A DNA stretch of 64,000 nucleotides from Vicugna vicugna (lineage: Eukaryota). Location: NCBI GenBank assembly GCA_013265495.1, contig MU058531.1, positions 2,294,911-2,358,910 of the forward strand, written 5' to 3'. The position numbers were made by a program, and so were the translations under genes. Shown in pieces: positions 62,141 through 64,000 of the stretch (the stretch's first letter is position 1; every line of letters begins with the position of its first letter). Below the pieces are notes generated by a model. The model had not been told where the DNA came from, did no database searches, and saw only the letters and a program-made list of their open reading frames with translations.

Positions 62141-64000
62141 ACCGTTGTTATACTTCTAAAGAAGCTGGGAGTTTCTCTGGCTGGTATGTCAAGGACTAGT
62201 CCTCTTCCAAAGAGTCTTCCTGAGAGGCCAGTACATCTTATACTGACGAATGAATGAATGAATGAGAGCTAGTCTCTGGGTGGAGCCCCGAGCCTCTGAA
62301 AAGGCAGAGGGAGGTGCAGAGGGAGCTGGAGAACTGTGGGCTGTGGTTGGAGGGGAAGGAGTGCTGAGTGGGAGTCAGGAGGCCTGGGGTCAGGCTGGGC
62401 TCCAAGCACGTGCCAGACCTTGGGTAAGTCACTTGACCACTCCTGGCCTTTGTCCCCCTCGTTGGTACAGGGGGACCGCCCTGGATGACATCTGAAGTCT
62501 CGTTCACCAGATGATTCTGAGGAATCACACTGCCAACACTTTTTACAAAGATGGCTCATGGAATTAGGCTTAAAAAAAAGTCAATATTTGTTCAATCGCA
62601 TACATGGCTGTTAGAATATTCCTTTGATTTCCTGTACTTTTGAAATACTTAACAACAACAACAGCACAACAAAGCTATCATGTACAAATGCCAGCTGCTT
62701 TGTGCATGTTAATCCCAGCTGGCCTGACCCTGATCGAAATGGGGAAGCAAGCAAAATGGCGTTCAGTGGCCCCCCCAGCTGTGTGACTGCACCCCCTTTC
62801 TCCTTTGAGGTCCCCCATACTCCCTCTCAAGTTCTTCAGCCATCCAAAGCCTCCCTTCTTCAAGGACTTGCTTTTCCAGGGCTCCTGACCTCATCATGGG
62901 ACTGATTAGACCTGAGGTAGGAACAGCTGTTGGGACTTAATTTCAGTTCCTGCTTCTACTTGTGAACCAAACAGCATGCACGTCAGACCTGTGCTGTGCC
63001 TCTGGGTGGGGAGGCTGGTCAGGACGTTTTGGAGGGTGAAGTTCACACACTGCCCCGCAAACTCAGATCTGAGCACTAAACAGATTTTTTCCATTTGATT
63101 TAAATCCAAATGATGGATCTTGAACTGAAAAGCCGATATCCTTCTCCTGCAGTGGTTTAACTCTTACAGTGATCTCATACCACAGAGGGTTACATCTCAT
63201 GCTTTGGAGGTCTGGACCCTTGCAGATGGTCTTCTAATCAGACTATTGATTCTATCTTGGCCTTAACTTGCCCAAGCCACTCCCTCCCTTGCTGGCTTTA
63301 GATGTCTTGCATTTTCTCCTAGGGTTCCTGCAAGTCTCTTAGGCCTTTGCACCTTGTATCATCTGCTACTCATTTAAGTCTGTGCTGGGGCAAATTTTAC
63401 CCAGGGAGCAGTCTTCATAACACCTGCCTCCAAAATATTCCCAAGGAAGGCTGACAGTGTAGCCTCTTGGAGACTCTATTTCCTCATCTGCATATTGAGG
63501 AAGTATAATAATACCGGCTGCAAGGATTGAATGATCCAGAGGAGAGAAAGTGCCTTGTACATGGCCATAAGAAGTGCTCAATAAGCAGTAGCAACTGTTG
63601 CCATCAAGACATTAAATCTGACTCCAGTGCCAGCTACTTTCAAACACTCAGCTCTTAACCCACCCTCTTAGCCCTTGTTACATGCATTCACTGACTCTTA
63701 CAAATGCCAACAAGTGATCGGTTTACTTAAACTCTCGGTCAGTGATGGCTGATTTTCTGGAATGCCATTTGTGTTTGCCCGGTCCGTCTCAGATCTGAAT
63801 TAGCCACCAAAGTCAAGTAGCTCAAAAAGGAGTGTGATTGGAGGGCATGTCACAGTTTCCCAACTGAGAAGCTCATGGCTTCCTGGGGAAACCTTGGTTT
63901 TTCTCTTAGTGGGCATATGTAGAGGGGCAGCTTCTAAGGAGGAATATGGCTTTTAGCTCTCAAGGAGCTTTGGAGTGGCTGTGTTCTCTTCCCTACTGGG

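Overview
Mammalian (eutherian) genomic DNA covering the KIF11-HHEX locus. The repeat content suggests a camelid: tRNA-headed SINEs with an AAACCTAATTACC tail and no recognisable Alu, B1/B2, Bov-A/BovB, PRE-1 or SINEC. 86-19.8 kb (+): the last 11 coding exons of KIF11 (kinesin-5/Eg5; stalk and tail, stop at 18495) and its 3'UTR. All GT-AG junctions join in frame. 20-37.5 kb: repeat-dense intergenic block of nested LINE-1s, SINEs and a deleted Tigger1, including a 5'-inverted (twin-primed) L1 with a junction-spanning 43-bp duplication. 38-45.4 kb (+): the complete 4-exon HHEX gene (270 aa) in a CpG island, with intronic enhancer-like motif clusters and a second CpG island just past the polyA signal. 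45.4-64 kb: gene-free DNA with candidate endoderm enhancers, L1, MLT1 LTRs, MIR/L2 and MER5. I found no evidence for a previously undescribed biological system. The notable observations are retrotransposition scars and candidate regulatory elements. Repeat family names, exon numbering and orthologue comparisons come from recall, not from a database search.
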